From: Bulleidia sp. | GTDB lineage: Bacteria; Bacillota; Clostridia; Oscillospirales; Ruminococcaceae | NCBI GenBank assembly: GCA_963655125.1 | Contig: CAVKDR010000006.1 | Location: forward strand, 85,521 to 149,520 | Reading direction: 5' to 3' | DNA: 64,000 nt | Part shown: in pieces, positions 1 to 8,381 of the stretch | Position numbering within the stretch: the first letter of the stretch is position 1 | How the letters are laid out: every line of letters starts with the position of its first letter | Notes under the pieces: model-generated | What the model was told of the DNA's origin: nothing | What the model saw: the letters and a program-made list of their open reading frames with translations, nothing else | Database searches by the model: none | Translations under genes and position numbers: made by a program

Positions 1-1
1 C

Positions 2-1096
2 AACCTGGGGCTGACCCGCATCATCCCGCCCACGGTGCAGAACAAGGCGCAGGCCGAGGAAATTCGCGCCAACCGCAAGATCGCCCTGGCGATGCACCTC
101 TATTTTATGGATATGCTGGACCAGAGCATGGCCTTTGCGGCCAAGTTCCCGCCGGAGACCGATGTGTTCATCTCCACCAACGAACCCGGCAAGAAAGAGC
201 AAATTGAAAAGGCGTTCGCCGCCCTGCCGCTGCACAGCGTCACCGTACAGGTGGTGGAAAACCGCGGCCGCGATGTGGGCGCGTTCCTCTGCGACCTGGC
301 CCCGCAGCTGCGCGGCTATGATTACGCCTGCTTTATGCACGATAAAAAGGCCATCCAGACCAAGCCCGGCAGCGTGGGTGCCAGCTTCGGCTATGTCTGC
401 AACGAGAATGTCTGCAAAAACGCGGCCCACGTGCTCAACGTCCTCTGCGAGTTCGAGAACGACCCCTACCTCGGCATCCTCTGCCCGCCGTTCCCGGCGC
501 ATGGACTGTATTTCATGAACATGTGTTCCGGCGGCTGGGGCCCCAACTTTGAGAACACGAAAAAGCTGCTGAAAGAGACCCTCAAGCTGGACGTGCCCAT
601 CGCAGGCGAGGAATCGCCCATTGCGCCCTACGGCAGTGTGTTCTGGTTCCGTCCCAAGGCGCTGGCCCCGCTGTTCGACCACGGCTGGCAGCATACGGAT
701 TTCCCGCCGGAGCCGCTGCCCCAGGACGGCACCATCAGCCACGCCATCGAGCGCGTCTATCCCTTTGTGGCCCAGGCAGCCGGTTACTACCCGGCGACCG
801 TCATGAGCCGCGACTACGCCGTGACCCGCAATGATACCATGCAGGCCTACGCCACCGGCATGATCCGCCCGCTGGCCCGCGTGTTTGACTGCACCACTTT
901 CTGGGGGGCTTCCAGCGCGGCCACCGGCTTTGCGGCCAAGCGCCATCTGTTTGGCACCTACGGCCCCTACGCCAACAGCCGCCGCCGTCACGCCCGCAAC
1001 TGGCTGCGGGATAACCTGCCGGAGTCTGCCTACAAGGGCATCATCAACACAAAGCGCGCCATCTTCGGACCCCACCACGGCCCGTATGAGGATTAA
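2..1096 (+). CDS. Rhamnan-synthesis F (RgpF)-family polysaccharide biosynthesis protein, 5'-truncated by window edge
   Basis: The frame is open from base 2 with no upstream stop; the first in-frame start is GTG at 35. The sequence resembles the C-terminal half of RgpF-like proteins, and the next gene is a full RgpF paralog. Confidence 0.5.
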   Translation, partial: NLGLTRIIPPTVQNKAQAEEIRANRKIALAMHLYFMDMLDQSMAFAAKFPPETDVFISTNEPGKKEQIEKAFAALPLHSVTVQVVENRGRDVGAFLCDLAPQLRGYDYACFMHDKKAIQTKPGSVGASFGYVCNENVCKNAAHVLNVLCEFENDPYLGILCPPFPAHGLYFMNMCSGGWGPNFENTKKLLKETLKLDVPIAGEESPIAPYGSVFWFRPKALAPLFDHGWQHTDFPPEPLPQDGTISHAIERVYPFVAQAAGYYPATVMSRDYAVTRNDTMQAYATGMIRPLARVFDCTTFWGASSAATGFAAKRHLFGTYGPYANSRRRHARNWLRDNLPESAYKGIINTKRAIFGPHHGPYED

Positions 1097-1101
1097 AGCC
1101 C

Positions 1102-2529
1102 ATGAAACGGCTGATCGTTTATTTCCATTATGACCCGCTGGGGCAGATCGACACCGCCTGCCGCATCGCCGTGGAAGCTATGGCTCATTACGGCGAGGTG
1201 TTCTTTATCTCCAATGGCACCCTCTGCCCGGCGGACCGCGCCTGGGCGGCATCCGTCACGCTGGCCTGCCGGGATCGGGAAAACGTAGGGCTGGATGTGG
1301 GCGCTTACAAAGAAGCACTGGAGACCATCGGCCGGGAGCGCCTGGCCCGCTATGACGAACTGGTGCTGATGAACTTCACGCTGGCAGGTCCCGTCTGCCC
1401 GCTGGCCCCGATGTTTGCCGCCATGGAAGCTCGCCCGGAACTGGCGTTCTGGGGTTTGACCCGCCACTATGCCATGAAAAGCCGCCGCTTTGGCGGCCGC
1501 AGCGGGGAAGTGCCGGAGCACCTGCAATCCCACTTCTTGGCCGTCCGCGCACCGCTTTTGCACAGCGAGGATTTCTGGCAGTATTGGCAGACGATGCCGC
1601 TGCCCAAAAGTTACGAGGAGTCCATCGCCAACCACGAAACGCGCTTCACCGCGCATTTTGCAAGCCTTGGCTATCGCTGGGATTCCTACGTGGATACGTC
1701 CGATTTGCAGGGCGTTTTCGTCAACCCTATCATGGCCTGCCCACGGGAGCTGCTCGCAAACCGGGGCTGCCCGTTTTTCAAGCGTCGCAGCCTTTTTACG
1801 CCCTACGCGGACGAACTGCGCCGCACCGATGGCACCGCCGCCCGCGCCTTGTACGATTACGTAAAGCGGGGGACCGACTACCCCGTAGACCTGCTGCTGG
1901 CCGCCCTTTTGCAGCGCCAGCCGCTGGATGCCCTGGCCCGGGAACTGCACTGGCAGTACCTGCTGCCCGATGCCGCCCCCGCCGAGCCTGCGCCGGATCT
2001 GGCCGCACTGGGCCTGGCCCTGCTGCGCCTGCCTATGCCGGAATCCGACCCTGTCACCACCTGGTACAACCGCGAAGCCGCCCGCCAGGCCGATGAAGTA
2101 TTGGCCCAGGCCGCCGCCCTTTTTGCCAAGGAGCCGATGCTGGGCGTACTAAGTCCCGCCGTGCCGTTGTATCCCGCCGCCCGGCAAAGCCGTGAGGTCA
2201 GCTGGCAGGCGGCGCGCCCAGCCTTGCAGGGCAAAGTCAAGGTGCCGCTGGGCACCACGCCGCCCCCGGCCCCGGCCTGCGGCTGGGCGCTGGTGCGACT
2301 GGCCGCCGTGGCGGACGGCGACACCCTGCCTGCCATCACCACCCCGGCGGATGCCTGGCTGCTGCCGCTGAAAGCCCAGCAGAACGGCTACATCAGCGCC
2401 AGCTTTACCACCGCCGCCCAAAGCGCCGCCGCTGCCGACCAGCTGGCTTTGTACGGCCAGCAGGCCGCCGACCCTAAGGCTGTGGCGAAACAGCTTGGCC
2501 GCCTTGTCAAACACAAACTACAAAAATAA
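1102..2529 (+). CDS. Rhamnan-synthesis F (RgpF)-family protein with a roughly 170 aa Ala/Pro-rich C-terminal extension
   Basis: N-terminus MKRLIVYFHYDPLGQID...FFISNGTL is typical of RgpF-family starts. There is a 5 bp gap after the upstream paralog. The C-terminal low-complexity region is visible in the translation. Confidence 0.55.
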   Translation: MKRLIVYFHYDPLGQIDTACRIAVEAMAHYGEVFFISNGTLCPADRAWAASVTLACRDRENVGLDVGAYKEALETIGRERLARYDELVLMNFTLAGPVCPLAPMFAAMEARPELAFWGLTRHYAMKSRRFGGRSGEVPEHLQSHFLAVRAPLLHSEDFWQYWQTMPLPKSYEESIANHETRFTAHFASLGYRWDSYVDTSDLQGVFVNPIMACPRELLANRGCPFFKRRSLFTPYADELRRTDGTAARALYDYVKRGTDYPVDLLLAALLQRQPLDALARELHWQYLLPDAAPAEPAPDLAALGLALLRLPMPESDPVTTWYNREAARQADEVLAQAAALFAKEPMLGVLSPAVPLYPAARQSREVSWQAARPALQGKVKVPLGTTPPPAPACGWALVRLAAVADGDTLPAITTPADAWLLPLKAQQNGYISASFTTAAQSAAAADQLALYGQQAADPKAVAKQLGRLVKHKLQK

Positions 2530-2586
2530 AAAGGGGAGAGCCTTATCAAAAAGCAGCGCTTATTTTATCTGGACCTGATCCGAGCC

Positions 2587-3543
2587 GTGGCTCTCGCCAG
2601 TATTTTAATTGTTCACTTCAACGCCACCGTCACCGGGTATTTCACCCTGCCGCACAAGCTGTTTACCAGCACCCTGGTAAAAGGCATTTACCTCGGCGAT
2701 TTCGGCTCCTCGCTCTTTTTCATCGTGTCGGGCGCATCGCTGGCGCTCACCGTCCCGCCGGAACAAAGCCCCTGGCAGTTCTACAAAAAGCGCGCCAAGG
2801 CGGTGTTCCCGCTGTTCTGGCTGGCGTGGGTGGTCTGCTTTTCCATCCGGTTCATCAGCCAGCCCGGCTATTACGCCGGGGCCAAGACCATCACGCTGGT
2901 GCTGACCTTTTTGGGGCTGGATAACTTCGCCGTGGCCGCCGGCTGGGTGGGAATGGATTTCGCCTGCGTGGGCGAGTGGTTCCTGGGCAGCATCCTGTTT
3001 TTGTATCTGCTGTTCCCGCTTTTACAGCGGGCGCTGCGCAAGGCCCCGGTGCTGACCTGGGTGGTCACACTGCTCGTCTGCATCCCCCTCCACATGCAGG
3101 GCTGGGATAACGGTTTGGTGGCCGTACATATCCCGGAATTCCTCTTTGGCATGACCTTTTTAACGCTGAAAGACCAGATGAAGGCTGTTTTAGTGCTGCT
3201 GTTTGCCTTGGGGCTGATGAACCTGCAGGTCGATGAAAAGCTGCTCTGCTCGATGTTCAGCGCCGCAGTCTTTATCGCGCTGGCTGCTGCGGCGGCCCCG
3301 CTGCTGGATAAGCCGCTGCCCCACGCCATCTGTGCCAAGGCAGCAAAACTCTCCTACGCGGTGTTTTTGGTGCATCACGTCATCATCCAGCGCCTGGTGC
3401 GCGGGTTTGATTTGGCTGCACTCTCCCGCCGCGATACCGCAATTCTGTTCTGCGTCTACCTGCTGGCTGCCTACGCCGCCTCCGAAGCTCTGCTCTGGCT
3501 CCAGCGCCGCCTGAAAGAGCAACGTAAAGCGTTGATGCTGTGA
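2587..3543 (+). CDS. Acyltransferase family 3 membrane protein (polysaccharide O-acyltransferase-like)
   Basis: Polytopic and hydrophobic. It has the acyltransferase-3 N-terminal pattern (D)LIRAVALASILIVHFNATV..FFIVSGASL. The start is ambiguous: GTG at 2587, but the frame is open back to 2530, immediately after RBS AAGGGGAG. Confidence 0.6.
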   Translation: MALASILIVHFNATVTGYFTLPHKLFTSTLVKGIYLGDFGSSLFFIVSGASLALTVPPEQSPWQFYKKRAKAVFPLFWLAWVVCFSIRFISQPGYYAGAKTITLVLTFLGLDNFAVAAGWVGMDFACVGEWFLGSILFLYLLFPLLQRALRKAPVLTWVVTLLVCIPLHMQGWDNGLVAVHIPEFLFGMTFLTLKDQMKAVLVLLFALGLMNLQVDEKLLCSMFSAAVFIALAAAAAPLLDKPLPHAICAKAAKLSYAVFLVHHVIIQRLVRGFDLAALSRRDTAILFCVYLLAAYAASEALLWLQRRLKEQRKALML

Positions 3544-3663
3544 AAAGGCCCCCTCTGCGAGGGGGCTCCCGCGAAGCGGGTGGGGGAGAGAGCCTTGCCT
3601 TTCTATGCTCTCTCCCTCCGTCTGCGCTTCGCGCAGCCACCTCCCTCCCAGAGGGAGGCTTTA
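3544..3663. repeat. Intergenic tandem-hairpin repeat element, copy A (head-to-head dimer forming a roughly 120 bp imperfect palindrome)
   Basis: The first half (ccctctgcgaggg..gcgaagcg..gggagagagcc) is mirrored by the second half (gctctctcc..cgcttcgc..ccagagggagg). The same unit occurs at 18528-18585 and 62152-62198. Confidence 0.6.
3545..3570 (+). terminator. GC-rich hairpin (ccccctctgcgaggggg) downstream of the acyltransferase gene; first arm of repeat element A
   Basis: Perfect inverted repeat CCCCCTC-TGCG-AGGGGG directly after the stop at 3543. Confidence 0.5.
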
Positions 3664-3840
3664 ATGCAAAATCCCTATCCGCTGTTTGCCCAAAAACAGC
3701 GGATATTTTTTTGTCATAGTACCTTATACAAACCTCTGTACAAAAATCGGCAGGTACGGTATAATACAAAGTATGTATGTGTACCGGGGCACACGACCCG
3801 TGCGCCCGGGAAAAAGGAAGTATGGAAAGGGGAGTCCCTG

Positions 3841-4776
3841 ATGTCTGAGTTCTCTGTTTCTCTGGCAAAACTGGCGGAAGAAGCCAATCTGACCGTCGCC
3901 TATACCCCCTGCGAACTGGAAAAGGTCATGGTCACCGCGACCGAAGTGTACCGTCCGGGCATTCTGCTGGCCGGTTACTACGAAAATTTTGATAATAAGC
4001 GCGTCCAGATCATCGGCCTGACCGAGATGTCTTATCTGGAAGAACTGTCCACCTCGCTGCGCAACACCCACCTGGAAAAGCTGTTTTCTTTCCAGCCGCC
4101 CGCTGTCATCCTGACCCGCGGCATGCAGCCGCTTTCCGAGATGATGCAATTCGCCAAACAGTACGGTGTGCCGCTGCTCATGTCCACCGAGATGACCTCC
4201 GCCCTGATGGGCATGCTCATCACCACGCTGAATAAAGAACTGGCCCCCCGCATCACCCGCCACGGTGTGCTGGTGGAAGTTTACGGCGAGGGCATCCTGA
4301 TCCTGGGTGACTCCGGTGTTGGCAAAAGCGAGACCGCAATCGAGCTGGTCAAGCGCGGTCACCGTCTTATCGCCGATGACGCGGTGGAACTGCGCCGCAT
4401 CTCCTACAAGCAGATCCTGGGCACCGCGCCGGAAAACATCCGCCATTTTATCGAGCTGCGCGGCATCGGCATCGTCAACGTGGCCCGTGTGTTCGGCATC
4501 GGCTCGGTGCGTTCCAGCGTAGAGGTCGAGATGGTCATCCAGCTGGAACCCTGGGACCGCACCAAAAACTACGACCGCACCGGTCTGGAGACCGAGTACA
4601 CCGACATTCTCGGTGTCAAGGTGCCCAAGATGCTGATCCCCGTCATGCCCGGCCGTAACCTGGCCGTCATCATCGAGACGGCGGCAATCAACAACCGCCA
4701 GAAAGAGATGGGCTACAACGCCGCCAAGGAACTGCTGAAGCAGCTGGGCCTGAACGACGATGCCAACCTCAAATAA
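3841..4776 (+). CDS. hprK: HPr kinase/phosphorylase
   Basis: P-loop GDSGVGKSETAIELVKRGHRLIADD; RBS AAAGGGGAG upstream of ATG 3841. The ORF-track extension back to 3580 merely translates the intergenic repeat. Confidence 0.9.
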   Translation: MSEFSVSLAKLAEEANLTVAYTPCELEKVMVTATEVYRPGILLAGYYENFDNKRVQIIGLTEMSYLEELSTSLRNTHLEKLFSFQPPAVILTRGMQPLSEMMQFAKQYGVPLLMSTEMTSALMGMLITTLNKELAPRITRHGVLVEVYGEGILILGDSGVGKSETAIELVKRGHRLIADDAVELRRISYKQILGTAPENIRHFIELRGIGIVNVARVFGIGSVRSSVEVEMVIQLEPWDRTKNYDRTGLETEYTDILGVKVPKMLIPVMPGRNLAVIIETAAINNRQKEMGYNAAKELLKQLGLNDDANLK

Positions 4777-4806
4777 TTCCCAAAAGCAAAGAAGGAACAC
4801 CGTTTC

Positions 4807-5556
4807 ATGCACATGATCGCAGACCTGCACACCCACACCCTGTGCGCCACCCACGCATTCCAGACCTTAAACGAGATGGCGGCCGCCGCCAAAGACTGCG
4901 GCTACAAAGCCCTTGCTATCACCGACCACGCGCCCGCCATGCCCGATGCGCCGCACCGCTGGCATTTCGAGAATCCCACCGCCTTGCCCCGCACCATCGA
5001 TGGCGTGGTCATGCTCTATGGGGCCGAGGCCAATGTGGTGGATACCAAAGGTCATCTGGACCTGCCGCCGCGCATTCTGGCCTGGCAGGATTGGGTGGTC
5101 GCATCCATCCACAGCCCCTGTGTGCCGGGCCTGCTGACCCGCAAGGAGGCCAACCGCATCTGGCTGGCTGTGGCCGAAAACCCCTACGTGGACTGCATCG
5201 GCCACTCCGAGCAGGAAAACTACCGCTATGATTACGACCTGGTGACCAAGGCGTTTGCTGCCAACCATAAGGTCGTGGAACTCAACGGCAACTCGTTCAA
5301 CGTCCGCAAGGACGGCATCCCCAACATGAAAGCCCTGCTGGCCGCCTGCCTGCAAAACGGCTGCCATATCGCCGTGGACAGTGATGCCCACAGCACCTGG
5401 CAGCTGCGCCACGGCTTACAGGCCCTCTACGGCATGCTGGAGGAGATGCACTTCCCCGAGGAGCTGATCGTAAATGCAACCACTGCAAATCTCGCAGCAG
5501 AATTAAAATTGCACGGCAAAGCCTGTGCGGAAGAAGTTGGAGGAATCTTAGTATGA
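4807..5556 (+). CDS. PHP-domain (histidinol-phosphatase-like) phosphoesterase
   Basis: N-terminus DLHTHTLCATHA...ITDHAP with multiple His/Asp metal-ligand motifs typical of the PHP family. Confidence 0.7.
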   Translation: MHMIADLHTHTLCATHAFQTLNEMAAAAKDCGYKALAITDHAPAMPDAPHRWHFENPTALPRTIDGVVMLYGAEANVVDTKGHLDLPPRILAWQDWVVASIHSPCVPGLLTRKEANRIWLAVAENPYVDCIGHSEQENYRYDYDLVTKAFAANHKVVELNGNSFNVRKDGIPNMKALLAACLQNGCHIAVDSDAHSTWQLRHGLQALYGMLEEMHFPEELIVNATTANLAAELKLHGKACAEEVGGILV

Positions 5557-6509
5557 GCAAGTACACGATTGGTATCGATCTGGGCGGCACCACCATGACC
5601 GCCGGCCTGGTGGATGAGAACTATACGATCATCGGCAAGACCACTTGGGCCACCCGCCTGCCGCGCCCGGCCGAGGACCTGGAAAAGGCCATGGCCGACC
5701 TGTGCCGCACCGTTGCCAAGGAGAATAAGGTCGATTTCACTGACGTAAAATATGTAGGCATCGGCACCCCGGGCAGCGTCAACTTTACCACCGGCTTTGT
5801 GGGCTTCAACACCAACTTCGGCTACTATGACTGGAACCTCGGCCCCGACCTGGAAGCCATGCTGGGCTGCAAGGTCTATGTTGAGAACGATGCCAACGCC
5901 GCCGCTTACGGCGAGTACATCGCAGGCGGTGCCAAGGGCTACAAGGATGCTGTCGTCATCACCCTGGGCACCGGCATCGGCAGCGGCATCATCCTGGGCG
6001 GCAAGATCCTGCGCGGCTTCAACTTTGCCGCCGGTGAGATGGGTCATAACGTCATTGTAAAGGACGGCATCCAGTGTACCTGCGGCCGCAAAGGCTGCTG
6101 GGAGCGTTACGCCTCCGCCAGCGCCCTGACCCGCGAGACCAAGGCCGCCATGCAGGCCCATAAAGAGACCATCATGTGGAAGATGACCCCCGATATCGAC
6201 CATGTCAACGCCAAGCTGTCTTTCGATGCTGCCGCCAAGGGCGATGCCGTGGCAAAGTCCGTTGTGGACAGTTGGATCGAGTATGTCGGTGTCGGCATCG
6301 CCAACGTCATCAACACCTTTGAGGCGGAGATCATCTGCATCGGCGGCGGTGTTTCCAACCAGGGCGAGACCCTGCTGGCCCCCGTCCGCGCCTATGCCGA
6401 GAACGAGACCAAGAACATCACCAGTGGCCGCTTCCCCAAGATCGTTGCCTGCACCCTGCACAATGATGCCGGTGTCATCGGTGCTGCGGCCCTGGAAAAT
6501 TCTATCTGA
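5553..6509 (+). CDS. glcK: ROK-family glucokinase
   Basis: IGIDLGGT ATPase motif and ROK zinc motif CTCGRKGCWE; 4 bp overlap with the upstream gene. Confidence 0.8.
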   Translation: MSKYTIGIDLGGTTMTAGLVDENYTIIGKTTWATRLPRPAEDLEKAMADLCRTVAKENKVDFTDVKYVGIGTPGSVNFTTGFVGFNTNFGYYDWNLGPDLEAMLGCKVYVENDANAAAYGEYIAGGAKGYKDAVVITLGTGIGSGIILGGKILRGFNFAAGEMGHNVIVKDGIQCTCGRKGCWERYASASALTRETKAAMQAHKETIMWKMTPDIDHVNAKLSFDAAAKGDAVAKSVVDSWIEYVGVGIANVINTFEAEIICIGGGVSNQGETLLAPVRAYAENETKNITSGRFPKIVACTLHNDAGVIGAAALENSI

Positions 6510-6539
6510 TTTATTTTCACCATCGAACCGGGAGGAACC

Positions 6540-7469
6540 ATGCAGCAGCAAACGATTGAAACTCTGTGCCACGCCTTGCAGGAAAGTGCCCTGCCGTTTG
6601 CCCAGCAGGAGCCTTTGGCCGCCCATACCACGTTCCAGATCGGCGGCCCGGCGGTGTTTTGGTGTACACCGAAAAACGTGGAGCAGCTGCGCCGTACGCT
6701 GGCGCTCTACCGGGAAAACGGTGTGCGCACCTACCTTTTGGGCAACGGCTCCAACACGCTGTTTGCGGATGAGGGCTATGACGGTGCAGTCATCGATCTG
6801 CGCGGGCTGAACTTCGGCCCCACGGCCGAACCGCAGCCGGATGGTTCCACCCGCCTTGCGGCAGGCGCGGGCCTTACGCTGGGGCGGCTTTGTGCCTTTG
6901 CCCAGCAGCAGGGCCTTGCGGGACTGGCCTTTGCCTGCGGCATCCCCGGCACCATCGGCGGGGCTGTTTACATGAACGCCGGTGCCTACGGCGGCGAGAT
7001 GAAGGACGTGCTGGAAAGCGTGACCTTTTTGGACAGTGACCTCAACGAGCGCACACTGCCCGCCGCAGAATTGGCCCTGGGCTACCGCACCAGCCTGTTT
7101 GAGCAGCACCCCGATTGGTGTGTGCTTTCGGCCACGGTGCGTCTGCGCCCAGGCGACAGCGCCGCCATTCTGGCGGAAATGCAGGACTATCTGCAGCGCC
7201 GCAAAGACAAACAGCCACTGGAATGGCCCAGCGCGGGCAGTACGTTTAAGCGCCCCCAGGGGGCCTTTGCGGGCAAGCTGATCGAGGACTGCGGCCTGCG
7301 GGGTTTTACCGTGGGCGGTGCCCAGATCAGCGAGAAGCACTGCGGCTTTGTCATCAACCGCGGCGGTGCGACCTGCGCCGATGTGGTCAGCCTGACCGGC
7401 CAGGTCAAGGCCATTGTGCTGCAAAAAACCGGCTATACGCTGGAGCGGGAGATCCGCGTAGTAAAATAA
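6540..7469 (+). CDS. murB: UDP-N-acetylenolpyruvoylglucosamine reductase
   Basis: FAD-binding N-terminal region (FQIGGPA) and MurB C-terminal domain (GSTFKRP..GAQISEKH); canonical neighbourhood upstream of rapZ. Confidence 0.85.
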   Translation: MQQQTIETLCHALQESALPFAQQEPLAAHTTFQIGGPAVFWCTPKNVEQLRRTLALYRENGVRTYLLGNGSNTLFADEGYDGAVIDLRGLNFGPTAEPQPDGSTRLAAGAGLTLGRLCAFAQQQGLAGLAFACGIPGTIGGAVYMNAGAYGGEMKDVLESVTFLDSDLNERTLPAAELALGYRTSLFEQHPDWCVLSATVRLRPGDSAAILAEMQDYLQRRKDKQPLEWPSAGSTFKRPQGAFAGKLIEDCGLRGFTVGGAQISEKHCGFVINRGGATCADVVSLTGQVKAIVLQKTGYTLEREIRVVK

Positions 7470-7485
7470 AGGTGGGGGAGTACGC

Positions 7486-8349
7486 ATGAAATTTGTGATC
7501 GTAACGGGCCTGTCCGGCGCGGGCAAATCGATGGCCGTCAACGCGCTGGAGGACATTGGTTTTTTCTGCATCGATAATATTCCGCTGGCATTGCTGCCCC
7601 GTATCGTGGACTTTGCCCTGCAGGGCGAAAACCAGCTGAACCGCGTAGCCGTTGTGATGGACGTGCGCGGTGTGCGCAGCAGCGAGCAGCTGGAGCAGGC
7701 ACTTTCCGACCTGGATGCCCGCCAGTTTGAGTACGAGATCCTTTTCCTCGATGCCAACGATGCGGTTATCCAGCGCCGCTATAAGGAGACCCGCCGCCAG
7801 CACCCCATCACCATCAGCGAAAAAGTGCCCATCACCGAGGCCATCGCCCGGGAGCGCCGCCTGCTGCAGCCGCTGCGGGCGCGGGCGCAGTATGTCATTG
7901 ATACTTCGCTGCTCAGCACCGCCCAGAACAAGGAGCGGGTGTGCAGCCTGTTTTTGGACCACGGTGAAAGCCCGATGGCCCTCACGGTGGTGTCTTTCGG
8001 TTTTAAGTACGGCCTGCCGCAGGAGGCAGACCTTGTGCTGGATGTCCGCTGCCTGCCCAACCCGTTCTACGTGCCGGAACTGAAAAACCTGACCGGTATG
8101 GATCAGGAAGTGGTGGATTACGTCATGGCTGCCCCCGAGTCCCAGGAACTGCTGCGCCGTTACGAAAGCATGCTGGAATACGCCCTGCCGCTCTACGTCA
8201 AGGAGGGCAAAAGCCAGCTGATGATCGCGGTAGGCTGCACCGGCGGCAAGCACCGTTCCATCACTTTTGCGCGTAAAATCGGCGAGTTCTGCGAAAAACT
8301 GGGCTACGAACCCAGTGTGCAGCACCGCGATGCCAAGCGCACCTTATAA
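7486..8349 (+). CDS. rapZ: RNase adapter / nucleotide-binding protein RapZ (YvcJ)
   Basis: MKFVIVTGLSGAGKSMAVNALEDIGFFCIDNIP Walker A; full-length family match. Confidence 0.9.
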   Translation: MKFVIVTGLSGAGKSMAVNALEDIGFFCIDNIPLALLPRIVDFALQGENQLNRVAVVMDVRGVRSSEQLEQALSDLDARQFEYEILFLDANDAVIQRRYKETRRQHPITISEKVPITEAIARERRLLQPLRARAQYVIDTSLLSTAQNKERVCSLFLDHGESPMALTVVSFGFKYGLPQEADLVLDVRCLPNPFYVPELKNLTGMDQEVVDYVMAAPESQELLRRYESMLEYALPLYVKEGKSQLMIAVGCTGGKHRSITFARKIGEFCEKLGYEPSVQHRDAKRTL

Positions 8350-8381
8350 TACGATAAAATTTACGCTTTATCAGGAGTTTT

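Noticed and set aside
3580-3840. N-terminal extension of hprK in the ORF track
   Set aside because: The extension translates the palindromic repeat element and terminators. The genuine hprK start is ATG 3841 with an RBS, matching HprK length (about 310 aa).
5427-7757. Very long minus-strand ORFs (for example 5427-7757, 8906-10801, 14117-15880, 15961-17757, 26287-27699, 28058-29839, 35544-38336, 56769-58661, 60111-62066)
   Set aside because: Each lies antisense to a strongly conserved, recognisable gene (glcK/murB, dnaE, rpsB/tsf, the rSAM protein, clpX, groEL, alaS, the aminopeptidase, ligA). Their translations are low-complexity Ala/Gly/Arg/Val-rich, which is typical of stop-codon-depleted antisense frames in high-GC DNA.
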